A DNA stretch of 63,956 nt, counting the filler, from Reclinomonas americana ATCC 50394 (lineage: Eukaryota): the NCBI GenBank assembly GCA_048213135.1. It is 13 parts of 13 records of this genome, joined end to end, with 100 filler letters (N's around TTAATTAATTAA, not from the genome) between each part and the next. Parts side by side here need not be neighbours in the genome. Positions count along the whole stretch, not along the records: positions 32,193 to 48,034 come from AFZH01019751.1; positions 48,135 to 49,331 come from AFZH01019753.1; positions 49,432 to 52,295 come from AFZH01019754.1; 10 more parts are not named here. One strand, 5' to 3'. The stretch's first letter is position 1, and each line of letters starts with the position of its first letter. Under the pieces are notes generated by a model, which saw only the letters and a list, made by a program, of their open reading frames with translations, ran no database searches and had not been told where the DNA came from. A program made the translations under genes and the position numbers. Below, one piece after another: positions 38,383 to 50,399 of this stretch.

Positions 38383-41300
38383 ATGGCAAGCGGATCTCGT
38401 CCTCGTCGCCAAATTCTGCCTGTGGTGGAGAGCGCGCTGTTGACTGAGGCCGATGTGACGGCCATTCAGAACTTTCTCGGATACTCGTCGTGGTGCGCTC
38501 ATGTCTCGCAACACACACTCTCTTCTTCTTTTTTTTCTTACCTCTTCTAACCTCTCTCTGTGTGTGCACGTGTGCATCAGTCGTCTGCGCCTGGTGTATC
38601 GATTCACGCGAGATGGTTCCGCCTATGGAACATTCCATCAAAAGACGGATGCCTCCGGCCTGCGCAACACCATCACCATTGCCGGAGGTGGCAGTGGTGG
38701 GTCGCAGTTCCTGCTTGGTGGCTTCAAGACCACACACGTTGCGTCAATCCATCCGTCATGTACAAATGTAATTGATCTGATTTTGTGTGTTCCATTAGTG
38801 GGGCACTCACGGGCAGTACCATTACGACTCGGAGGCGTTTATCTTCTCCGTGAGTTGCTGTCTCGGTGCAGTCATTGATTGGTGTTGCTCGTTCTCATCT
38901 GTCTTCTTGAATACATAGTTGATTGTGCAAGGCAAGCGTGATGAGCGCCGTTTCGACCAGTTCCAGAACCAGGCCAGTGCGGTGTACCACCACAATAACT
39001 ATTTCGGCGCCTGGGGGAGCAATCACGTTGCGCTTCCATTGCCAGCTCGTGCGTTTGCAGTCAGCAGGAGAAATTCTCACCTTGCGCATGCTGTCGCATG
39101 TTTGCAGGATTTGTACTTCAACAGCAACAACCACGTCTACGTGTGAGTGTCTCACTTACTTGGACCATGCTGTCCATCCTGGCTAATGTGCCTCTCCTCC
39201 CCTCGTGCAGCAACGTCGGCGGAACATACAGCCCACAGGGTTTGGCGGCGAACTGGATGCTCGGAGGCAACGGTAGTATGGCCTGGACGGAGCTGGAGGT
39301 GCACGAGATCATCGGTAGATCTCCTCGTATGCAGCTTCTCGTGTCGAAGCACTGATCCGTTTCCGTGTCTGCAGACACCACGGTCGACATTGGTGCGTTC
39401 GAGCGCTTCTTGGAGGAGCGACTTGGCGAGCGGGTGGATGAGATTGTGCATCGCGTTCTCCCCGACGCCCTGCGCACCATCCTGCCGGAGGCCATCAAAT
39501 CTGCGCTCCCCGCAGCGCTGCCCGCGGCACTGCCGCCGGTGCTGAACGAGCTGCTGCCCAACACGATCAATGGCCTCGTAGACCAGAAGCTGCCGCCGGC
39601 GATGCAGCGACAACTGGCCGACGGCCTTGCACGCGCATTGCCGCAGGCCGTGCAGCGTGACCTGCCCGCCGCACTGTCCGCCGCTCTGGACGACACTCTC
39701 CCGGATGCCATCCAACAGCCCATTGCCGATGCTGTAGCTGAGGAGCTGCAGCGCCGCCACAAGGAGGTTGCAGCTCGCATTCTGCTACAGGCGCAGCACG
39801 AGGCGCCCGGTGGAGGACTCGTGGACGAGTTGAGTGTGTCGCCAGTGAGTTGTGTTTCATTGTCTGCTGACTTCCCTATCGTGGCAGACGTGAGCAACTG
39901 CTGCAAAAGCTGGCCAACACCACGCGCCTGGAGTATCTGCGTCAGGTGTTTGGCCCCAAGTTGCGCATCAATTTCTTGGTGGCCGGCGAGGTCAAGGCCG
40001 GCAAGACGTCGCTGCTGAACACCCTGAAGAGCATTGGGCTGAACTCGCCGGTAAGATCGCTGCTCAAAGCAGGTGGCCACCGTCTCCTGATCTTGTATGC
40101 ACAACATCACAGGGCGAACGTGTGGCTTGCTCTGGTGACTCCTCCACGAGCCTGACGCAACGACTGATGGTGCACAAGGCGCTGCGCGACCCTCGGTTCC
40201 AGCACTTGGCGTTCCTGGACATGATGGGCTGGCAGAAGGGATTGTATGAGCGCGGTGAGACCCCTCTGTGCTCTCGAAGTGGAAGTAATGCATGATATTG
40301 ACAGAGTGCTGTGCAGACGAGCTTGCGTACATTGTGCAAGGCAAGGCCAAAGCCGGTTGGGACTTCCGCCGCATGGGCCGCGAAGACCCGACGTGCTTCA
40401 ATCCCCACCCAACTGTTTGTGACGAGGTGAGACTTGAGCGACAGGCGAATTCACAGCGTTCATCAGCCACCCTCTTGTTCTCTTTCCCTATGTCACTCTT
40501 CTGCCGACTGCTCATTCAGGTTTTGGGTTGACTTGCATTGTGTCATTGCAGGTGCACTGCCTGCTGCTCATCATCCCGGCCGACAATGTCGGCAATGGTG
40601 CCACCCGCGAGAAGATGCTGACCTTTATCTCGCGTGCCCGCGATGCTCTGCCGCCGGGTTCGTAGACGTTGTTGGACAGTTCTCATCCATGCATGGATTC
40701 ACCACTCACTCACTTTCTTGTAGACGGCATCCCCACCATGATTCTCGTCTCCAAGGTCGACCTGCTGGGCGGCGAGTTTACCGGCAATGCGTTGCTGGCC
40801 GAGGCGCACGCCGACACCATGGCCATGCGCGACCGCATGTGCGCTTCGGGTGACGGCGGCTACGGTGTGCAGCGCGTGCGCTTCATCCGCACCTACCGCG
40901 ACGAGCGACTCCAAGACCTCGACGTGGAGGTGTCGGTGCTGCGTGCCATTCACGAAGCCTACCTCCTCGCACTCAACAATCTGGAGACGCTGGCCGAGCA
41001 GATGGAAGAGAATCCCGCCGCTCTCGGCTCTAGTGGTCGCTTCCCGACTCTGGAGCAAGCCTATGGCGCCGGCTCGGAAGTCGAGCATGACAGTGGACAC
41101 TCGCCGCTCAGCTCGAGCGCCCACAGCACCAGTGCTGTGATCTCTCCGCAGTCTGTGGCCTCTGGGAGTGGATCTGCGGTGCCGGTGCCGCAGCCAGTCA
41201 GTGCGTGGGTGAATCCCAATGGGCCGGGTGATGTGCCGGTGGCGGGTGAGTGGCGAGGAGAAGGAGGAGGGGGGAAGAGGAGAAGGGGAAGGGGAAGGGG

Positions 41301-41943
41301 AAGGAGGAGGGGGGTGGGGGAAGGGGGACGAGGAGAAAGAGGAGGAGGAGGGGAAGGAGGGCAAAGAGGGGAAGGAGGAGAAGAAGAAAAAGAGGAGGAG
41401 GAGGAGGAGGTGGAGATCGAGGTGGAGAAGGAGGAGGAGAAAGACGAGGAGGAGGAGTAGGAGGAGGAGGAGGAGGAGAAGAAGAAGAAGAAGAAGAAGA
41501 AAATGAAGAACAGAAAGAAGGAAGAGGAGGAGAAGGAAAAGAAGAAGAGGAAGAAGGAGAAGGAAGAGGAAGAAGAAGATAGGAGAAGACGAAGGAGACA
41601 GAGAGAAGAAAAATGGACGTGGAAGAGAACAAGAGGAAGTAACAGACTGATCTTTGGTGTGCTTGCAGATTTCCTTCGCCAGTACCTGCAGCACTTGTGG
41701 GAGCCGGAGACATGCGCACAAGTGGCTCAGCATTTGCGAAGCAAGGGAATCTATGATGCCGAGGTGAGGGCAGCGTGGAAAAGGAGTGTTGCGAGCGTAA
41801 CTGAATCCGTCGTGTGGATGCAGAGCTTGTGCGAGACGTGGCGTGAGGATTCGACGAACGAGGACAACTTCCCCAGCAGTGTCTTCAATGCGGGCATGCG
41901 TAAGACGTTGGAGAAGCAGCTGAACAAGGCGTTTTCGACTTGA
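38383..41943 (+). CDS. IFI44/IFI44L-like protein: TLDc - LP-repeat helical linker - P-loop GTPase - extra C-terminal domain, copy 1
   Basis: TLDc: LRLVYRFTRDGSAYGTFHQKTD...LLGGFKTTHW...DSEAFIFS...ELEVHE. GTPase: INFLVAGEVKAGKTSLLNTL, FLDMMG, VHCLLLIIPAD, ILVSKVD, TYRDERLQDLDVEVSVLRAI, in IFI44 motif order. Confidence 0.8.
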
Positions 41944-42403
41944 AGGGGGAAGGGAGGAAAAGGGGGAGAGAGGGAGAGGGTGAAGAGAAGGGCAATGTAT
42001 GGGTGCCCCGAGCTTTTTGAAGCATCTGTAACTTGCAGAAGAAGAGACAAGAGCTAGCACGTGATGCTCATTGTTGACATAGGTCTATGAGTACTTGTAC
42101 TTTGGGCGCGACAACAACCATCCAAACACAGCAGCATGATGATCGCCATCTTGAGTGAATACCAAATGGAATGACGAATATTACGCACTGAAATCGTGTT
42201 GCCGTCGCCGCCGGTGGTTGCGTTGAACAAAACAGCTGGTAAATGCGTTGAGCAAGACTGCTGATTGCTTGACGGTGCATAAATGCTAATCATGATCGAA
42301 GTCCCAGGCTTCAGACCTCCAAAAGAGCACCTGCTGCTGGCATGCCGTCGAGATTGGATTCGTCAACGCCGGTGCCGCTCGCTTCTTAAACAATCCACAC
42401 TGT

Positions 42404-44545
42404 TCACTCGTCACCCGTGCCACCCAGCGCCTCGTCCAATCTCGCCAGCTGTTGGCGGTTGAATCCGCGGTCTGTGACAAAGCGCGACGGACTGGGGAAC
42501 TTCTCCACGAAGCGCATGTCGATGCATGCAATCCCACTGCGTGCCAGCTCCGAGGCCGGAATACCGGTCTTCAGCTCGTCGTCCGAGTCGCACGGCTTTC
42601 TCGGCTCATTCATGAACGACAACAGCACTTGTCGCACGGGTTCTCTCGACGACGATGATGACGACGAAGAGCCTGTTGCTCACCACAGTGAGTTGCAAAG
42701 GAGAAGCCACTTATCGGTATTACTGCAACGCACCACCACCACTGCCGAGCACCCGACGAAACGCCGTGCGAATCTCGTCAGTCTCTATCCGACCCGACAC
42801 GCGCAGAGCAACCAAAACAGCGTCGATGTGGCGAGGACGATCGGCCAGGGAGACCACTCGGAAGGCACCTGAGACAATTCTTCGTGTTGAGTACACTCAC
42901 TCCACCTCCAATCCTCTCAGTGTTGTCTCCTGACGTACCTGCAGCTTGCAACGCTCGGCACACCTCGGGCAGGCAGTAGGCCGACGTAAAGTCACGCTCT
43001 GCAATCTGTGAGCACACCACAACAATTCGCGGGATGTACATCATCCGAGGCACTGGCGACATGATGGCACGCTCGACATGCTTGTCGTCGTCGTCGATTG
43101 CAATCTCCACGTCGGGTGCTCGAGTGCGATTCACGTGGTCCACAGATTCAGCAGGTGGCGGAAGTGGTGGGAGAGGTGGCGAGGGTGGTGGTGGTGGAGG
43201 CGGTGGTGGTGGTGGTGGTGGTGGTGGTTGTACGACAGGCTGACGTGCTGGCGGTGGCAATGGTCTTCCGGTCGCGCTCGGTGCTGCGCCAGTGCCTCCA
43301 ACTGTAACCTGCTGGAGATTGGTGTGGTGAAAACAAGAGAAGGCATCAATGCAAGAGTGCAGGTGGACAGACGCACCAGCAGCGATGGCACGGCGTGTAA
43401 CTGGCGAAAGGCGGTGTTCTCAGCGCACAGACTCTGGATGGAATCCTGCTGGTAACATAGCACGGTGTGCAGCTTTGCCAACAGGTCGTCCACGTTCGGC
43501 AGCTGCCGCAGTGCGCTGACACACTGATCGCTCTGCCCGCTCAATGCCTGCAGTTCAGACAGGCGGTGTGCAGGCAGCGACGGTGGAGGTGCGGCTGCAG
43601 TGGAGCGCGCAGCAGGTTTTCGAAGTGGCTCACCGCCTGTAACACAGAATCAGAAGCACGGCGCAGACAAAAGAGAGAGTGCAATGAACCTGCGACCACG
43701 GCATACACTGCGAGTTGCACCACTTGCGAGCCAGTGTTGCTGAAGAGCTCGGGATCGAGTCGTCTAGTGTGATCATCAAAGGCCTCGAATGAGTGACCTG
43801 GGTTGCTGTGGCACGCAAATGGTGGCATTGAGTGTCGAGTAGTGGTGGATGCACTGCACAGCATGCTCACCACACCACGAGCAGTGTGTCTTGTGCTTGA
43901 TACGTCGCAGCACTGGAAAACATACTACGCGACTGAACAAGCAACACACTGTGTTGCAACGCAAGATCCTGCGCCACTGCACTCAGCACGCGCGAGGAAG
44001 AGACGGCCATGACAGTGCATATAGTAGACGCTCACCGGACCAGCGCCAAAGCTAATCACTCTCGAGTCCACCTGTGGATGCTTCCGAACCAATCCGCACA
44101 CATAATCCTGATGCCTCGCGACACCTGCATTCTCCAGCACATACGCCACTGGTTGACCGCCCACTGCCAGCTAGAGTCCACACGTCAGAGACTCACACAA
44201 GCCTCTGCATTCACACGAGCGCGCAACTGCAAACAAGAACGCATGTGGATCACATCGCGCGGCCTTCCACGGACGTGTTGTGTATGCGCCCACAATCGAC
44301 TGATTGGCCGTCCACAACACCACAAACAAAGACGACGGAGCGCATCGCTCGGCGACATTGGCCACCTCTGCAGTGGAGAACCCCGAGCGACCACTCCGCG
44401 AAGAATGCAACTCGTGAAGGCGAAGTCGTTGCCTGGAAAACACGAGTGAGCATGTAGTGGTGCAGAAGAGTGGCATGTGTGTGTATGCGTACCCATCACG
44501 GCCAATCCAGCACAGCAGCTGCAGCTGCTGATCTTCCGAAAGCAT
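42404..44545 (-). CDS. TLDc plus uncharacterised alpha/beta domain protein, copy 2
   Basis: Paralog of 35994-38142 with the same exons (MLSEDQQLQLLCWIG...LDEALGGTGDE*). Confidence 0.7.
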
Positions 44546-44648
44546 CAAGGACAACAGGCGTCCTGCACGACACTGAGTAACTCCTGCTCTGCCTACTATG
44601 GTCGCCGACTGCTGACCACTGGTCACCAACAAGACCTGTCTGTCTATA

Positions 44649-44749
44649 CTCGACGTGTTTTCGACTGTCAGGTAGTCGACGTGTTTTCGACTCGACTGTC
44701 ATAAAGTCGACGCGTTTTCGACTGTCGCACAGTCGACGCGTTCTCGACA
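44649..44749. promoter_or_regulatory. Four-copy GTCGACGYGTTTTCGAC motif array in a bidirectional intergenic region
   Basis: Copies at ~44650, 44675, 44706 and 44732, between the divergent ATGs at 44545 and 44791. A regulatory role is inferred from position only. Confidence 0.4.
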
Positions 44750-44790
44750 TTGTCGTGAGATTTGGACTTTCTTTGCATTGTGTGAGAGCC

Positions 44791-47700
44791 ATGGCAAGCG
44801 CTTCTCATGCTCGTCACGAGGCGCTGCCTGTGGTGGACAGCACTATGCTCACGGAAGATGATGTGACGGCCATTCAGAACTTCCTTGGATACTATTCGTG
44901 GTGCGCGCTTGTGGAGCACACTGTCTTCTTCTTGCTGCGTCTCAGTGTGCATCAGTCGTCTGCGTCTGGTGTACCGGTACACACGAGATGGTTCGTCGTA
45001 TTCGACATTCCATCAAAAGACGGATGCCTCTGGCCTGCGCAACACCATTACTGTTGCGAGTTGTGGCAGTGGGAGATCACAGTGCCTGCTGGGTGGATTC
45101 AAGACCACACACGTTGCGTCGAATGGATTTGACATGGTATCTCCCCGGCACTCGCATTCACCAACGCAGCACACGCGTGCAGTGGGGCACTCACGGGCAG
45201 TACCACTACGACTCGGAGGCGTTCATCTTCTCCGTGAGTAGCTGTCTGGGTGCAGTCATTAACTGATAGCTCTTGCTCTCAACTGTCTTCTTGCATGCAT
45301 GCGCACAGTTGATAGTGCAAGGCAAGCGCGATGAGCGTCGTTTTGACCAGTTCCAGAATCAGGCAAAGGCGGTGCACCACCACAACAGCTACTATGGTGC
45401 CTGGGGGGCCAATCAGGTTGCGCTTCCATTGCCAGCTCGTGCGTGTGTATCGGAAGGAATTCTCACTTTGTTCGTCGCATAATCGTAGGATTTGTATTTC
45501 AACAGTGACAACAACGTCTATGTGTGAGTGTCTCACTGTTTAGCTTTCGGTCTGCGCTGTTGACAATGGCTGAGTATCCTTTCCTCCCCAGCAACGTCGG
45601 CGGAACGTACAACCCGCAGGGTCTGAATCAGTACTGGATGCTGAATGGCAACAGTAACATGGCCTGGTCGGAACTGGAGGTGCACGAAGTTATTGGTAAG
45701 TCTCTTTGCATGCAGCTTCTCGTGTCGAAGCACTGAACCGTTTCCTCTCCACAGACACCACAATCGACATTGGTGCGTATGAGCGCTTCTTGGACGAGCG
45801 ACTGAGTGAGCGGGTGGGTGAGATTGTGCGTCACGCTCTCCCCGACACCCTGGCCGCCATCATGCCGGAGACCATCAAGTCCGTGCTCCCCGAGGTGCTG
45901 CCGCCAGTGTTGAATGAGCTGCTGCCCAAAACGATCAGCCGCCTCGTGGACAAGAAGCTGCCGGCGGCTATAGACCGGCCGTTGGCCGATGGTCTCGCGT
46001 GCGCATTGCCGCTGGCCGTGCAGCGTGACCTGCCTGCCGCACTGTCAGTCGCTCTGCAAGCCACTCTTTCGGATGCCATCCAACAGCCCATCACGGATGC
46101 CGTGAGCGAGGAGTTGCGGCGTCGCCACAAGGAGGTTGCAGCTCGCATGCTGCTGCAGGTGCAGCGCGAGACGCCCGGTGGAGGACTCGTGGACGAGTTG
46201 AGTGTGTGACCCAGGATTTGTGTTGACTGGCTGCTGACTTCCATATCGTGGTAGACGTGAGCAACTGCTGCAAAAGCTGGCCGACACCACACGACTGGAG
46301 CATCTGCGTCAGGTGTTTGGCCCCAAGCTGCGCATCAATTTCTTGGTGGCCGGCGAGGTCAAGGCCGGCAAAACGTCGCTGCTGAACACCCTCAAGTGCA
46401 TTGGCATGAACTCGCCGGTGAGATTGGTGTCCGAGAGGCATCGCAAGAGGTCGTTCTCATCTCGCAGTCTACAACATCACAGGGCGAGCGTGTGGCTTGT
46501 TCTGGCGAGTCTTCTGTGAGCCTCACGCAGCGACTGATGGTGCACAAGGCGCTGCGCGACCCTCGGTTCCAGCACTTGGCGTTCCTGGACATGATGGGCT
46601 GGCAGAAGGGACTGTATGAGCGCGGTGAGACCCCTCTGTGCTCTCGTAGTGGAAGTAATTCATGATATTGACAGAGTGTTGCGCAGACGAGCTTGCGTAC
46701 ATTGTGCAAGGCAAGGCCAAAGCCGGTTGGGACTTTCGTCGCATGGGCCGCGAAGATACGGCGTGCCACAATCCGCATCCGACTGTTTGCGACGAGGTGA
46801 GTCTCGAGCGACACGCGAATTCACAGCGTTATGCAGCCACCCTCTTGTTGTCTTTCCCTAGATCCACCAGAGAGAAAGAGAGAGAGAGACGGGAGTCACA
46901 CAGCTCAAAGTACACTCGTCTACGGGCTCCGCGTCCCACACGAGGCCGGGCTTGTCAGACGAGGCGGATCTCTCGAACGGGTTCGAGTAGCTGCATGCAT
47001 GAGAAGGGCACGACGGGCAAGATATGGATAGCGAGAAATGTGTGAGAGGGAGACAGGGAGATGGACAGAGGAAGAGAAACGAATGGAAAGATACAAGCGA
47101 GGGAGAGAGAGAAAGAGAGGAGAAGAGAATGAAGAAGGGCGATGTAAGTGATTCACAAAGAGATGCGACACGTACAAGGCACCCATGACCACCCCCCTCT
47201 CCACTCTTCTGCCGACTGCTCATTCAGGTTTTGGGTTGACTTACACTGTGATAATGCAGGTGCACTGCCTGCTGCTCATCGTCCCGGCCGACAATGTCGG
47301 CAACGGTGCCACCCGCGAGAAGATGCTGACCTTTATCTCGCGTGCCCGCGATGCTCTGCCGCCGGGTTCGTCGACTGCGTAGTGTTTTGTTCAGCGCATC
47401 GTCTCACCACTCACTCCCTTGTAGACGGCATCCCCACGATGATTCTCGTCTCCAAGATCGACCTGCTGGGCGGCGAGTTTACCGGCAATGCGTTGCTGGC
47501 TGAGGCGCATGCAGATACCATGGCCATGCGCGACCGCATGTGCGCATCGGGTGACGGCGGCTACGGTGTGCAACGCGTGCGTTTCATCCGCACGTACCGC
47601 GACGAGCGACTTCAAGACCTCGACGTGGAGGTGTCGGTGCTGCAAGCAATCCACGAAGCCTATGTGCTGGCGCTCAACAATCTAGAGACGCTAGCCGAGC

Positions 47701-47956
47701 AGATGGAGGAGAATCCTGCTGCTTTCGAGTCTAGCAATCGCTTCCCGACCACAGAGCAGGCATTGGACCGTGAGTCTGTCACTCCCGGCGCAGATGCCGA
47801 TCGTGACGGTGGACACTCGCCGCTCAGCTCGAGCGCCCACAGCACCAGTGCCGTTCTTTTCCCGCAGTCCGTGGCCTCTGGGAGTGGGGTGCCGGTGCCG
47901 CAGCCAGTCAGTGCGTGGGTGAATCCCAATGGGCCGGGTGATATGCCAGTTGTCGG
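44791..47956 (+). CDS. IFI44-like TLDc-GTPase, copy 2 (last exon lost in the gap)
   Basis: Paralog of 38383-41943; GEVKAGKT, FLDMMG and SKID are intact. Confidence 0.8.
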
Positions 47957-48163
47957 TGAGTGACGAGGAGAAGAAGGGGGAGGGAAGGGGGGGGGGGGCG
48001 GTGAGATCGCGACGACGACGACAGGGAGTAGGAGNNNNNNNNNNNNNNNNNNNNNNNNNNNNNNNNNNNNNNNNNNNNTTAATTAATTAANNNNNNNNNN
48101 NNNNNNNNNNNNNNNNNNNNNNNNNNNNNNNNNNGGGAGAGAGGGAGAGGGAGAGGGAGACAG

Positions 48164-49155
48164 CGAGCTTGCTGGGCTGAGGCGGATGCGCGAAATGTTC
48201 CAGAGTTCGAATGTATGTGACAGAGATGAAAGAGGAGCTGATTGAAAGAGAGCAGGTGATGTGTAGAGAGAGGGAGGAGAGAGAGAGAGAGAGAAGTTAA
48301 AAAAGGATATCGCACCGCCAAGACTCAACGAAAACTGCGAGATGGGAGCGAGAGGCGCAGCATGCATCGCTAAGCTCACTGAGATGCTTAACGAGTGAGA
48401 GTGGTCGTTGCACAACGAAGTCTGGTCGAATTTTGCAGAATGGTGCAAGAGAACACAGGATTGCATCGCACAGCGATGGCGCCGCTGAGCAGCAGTTTCC
48501 AGAGATTTTCGCGCTGTAGTCAGCTTGTCGCATGTACTTTCCATTCCCTTTCTCACTCTCACTCTCTCTCTCTCTTCCCTCTCTCTTGTCTCTCCCTCTC
48601 CTCCCTCCCTCTCCCTTCCCTCACTTCCCTCGGATCCACAGGAGTTCGCTCCCGGCCGAAGTGCCGTGGTGTCGACCATGATGGGCATCATTTGCATCCA
48701 CGAGCAAGATTTTGACACGGCGATCAAGTACCTGCACACGCGAGACACGCCGGAGATGGCGGCGCTGCTGGCGGAGGTGTATCTGCGGATGAACCGTGTG
48801 GATTTGGCAGAGCAGGTGCTGAAGACGCTGGACGAGGATTCGGTGGTGTCGCAGTTGGTGGGAGCGCAAGTTGAGTCGGATAGGGAGAAGGAGGGAGGGG
48901 GAGAGAGAGAAGAGGCGACACCTAACGCCGTCCATGGTCAGCATGGCGTGTGTTAGTGCGAGTGAGTGCGTTGGTTTGAGTGAGAGAGGTGGAGAAATTG
49001 ACACGACCTGAAAGCTGCCTGAGCGTCAGCGCCTCACAAGTCAACGATGGCGTGTGTTAGTGCGAGTTAGTGCGTTTACGGAGAGAGAGAGAGTGGAATT
49101 AGCATGAATGTAGTGAGAGCGCGCCTACATTTGTAGGTGACACACACGCACACAC

Positions 49156-49217
<62 letters not shown>

Positions 49218-49286
49218 CGACGACGCGCGCGTCGTCGTCGTCGTCGTACGTACGTACGTACGGTCGGTCGGTCGGTCGGTGGTCGG

Positions 49287-49331
<45 letters not shown>

Positions 49332-49482
49332 NNNNNNNNNNNNNNNNNNNNNNNNNNNNNNNNNNNNNNNNNNNNTTAATTAATTAANNNNNNNNNNNNN
49401 NNNNNNNNNNNNNNNNNNNNNNNNNNNNNNNTGTAGGTGTAGGAAGTGCGACGTAGTCGTAGGTCGTGTGTGTCGAGAGAGC

Positions 49483-49539
<57 letters not shown>

Positions 49540-50303
49540 GATATGGCAGCGAGCCTGGGCGTCGCCTAAGGCGCCCGAGAGTCAGGGATGGTATGTGTGT
49601 GGGAGTGCGTGTGAGGCAGTGAGAGCGCACGTCTACGTGTGGTGTGTGCGTGAGAGCGAGAGTGAGTGACGACGCGTGAGATATGGAGTGTGTATATGTT
49701 GATGAGAATGAGAGTGGATGTACTGGTGCGCATTTGTATGCCTCTCGCTTTCCCCTCCCCTTATCCCCCCTTACCCCCTTCCCCCCTTCTCCCCCTCGCA
49801 GATCCTTCTGGCCAAGGGCGGCTCGCAGGCCGCCTCCGAGGCGCACTCCATGTACGAGGAGCTGGCACAGAAGCACGGCCAAACGGTGCTGCTGCTCAAC
49901 GGCATGGCGCTCAGCAAGATGGCGCAGGGCGAGTACGCCGAGGCGGAGAAGATTCTCATGGAGGCACTCAACAAGGTGCGTGTCTCAATGAAAGGGGACG
50001 CCCAGCGAAGAGCGGCACTCACACGCTCTCTGTTTTGTGTGTGCACAGCGTTCTAGCGACCCGGAAACGCTGATTAACCTGGCCGTGTGCGCGCAGCACT
50101 TGCAAAAACCGCAGGAATTGATTGGCCGCTACGTCGCGTTGCGTGCATATCTCCTCCTTCGCCCCGCCTCTCTTCGCCTTCCTTATCCCTCCGCGCACAG
50201 ACAACTGAAGAGCTCCGTGCCGAATCACCAGTGGGTGCGCGATTACACAGCCAAGGAGGAGGCGTTTGTGCGAGCGTGTGGCCAGTTTGGCGCCTCGGCA
50301 TGA
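48164..50303 (+). CDS. COPE: Coatomer subunit epsilon (5' partial, spans a linker)
   Basis: EVYLRMNRVDLAEQVLKTLDEDSVVSQLVGAQ/ILLAKGG...YEELAQKHGQTVLLLNGMA...EAEKILMEALNKRSSDPETLINL...RYVAQLK...HQWV. The first visible exon boundary is tentative. Confidence 0.9.
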
Positions 50304-50399
50304 GCTCTTGGTGGTAGTTGTGGTTGTTGAATGAGGCGTTTGAGAAAATGCAGTCGTCTCTCTCTCCCAATCTTTTTGTCAACATCATTTGGGTTTTAT

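Larger units (their letters stand above)
35950..47965. repeat. Tandem segmental duplication, unit offset ~6.4 kb (about 35950-41250 vs 42365-47965)
   Basis: Long near-identical blocks, e.g. CACTCGTCACCCGTGCCACCCAGC at ~36004 and ~42405, with the same exon/intron layout in both copies. Confidence 0.97.

Noticed and set aside
44649..44749. Mini-CRISPR array
   Set aside because: 17-bp repeats with only ~8-14-bp gaps are too short for a CRISPR array.
49213..49290. ACG/TACG/GGTC runs at contig ends (also ~32060, 48010, 59065)
   Set aside because: They look like low-quality read-end or flow-cycle artefacts next to microsatellites.
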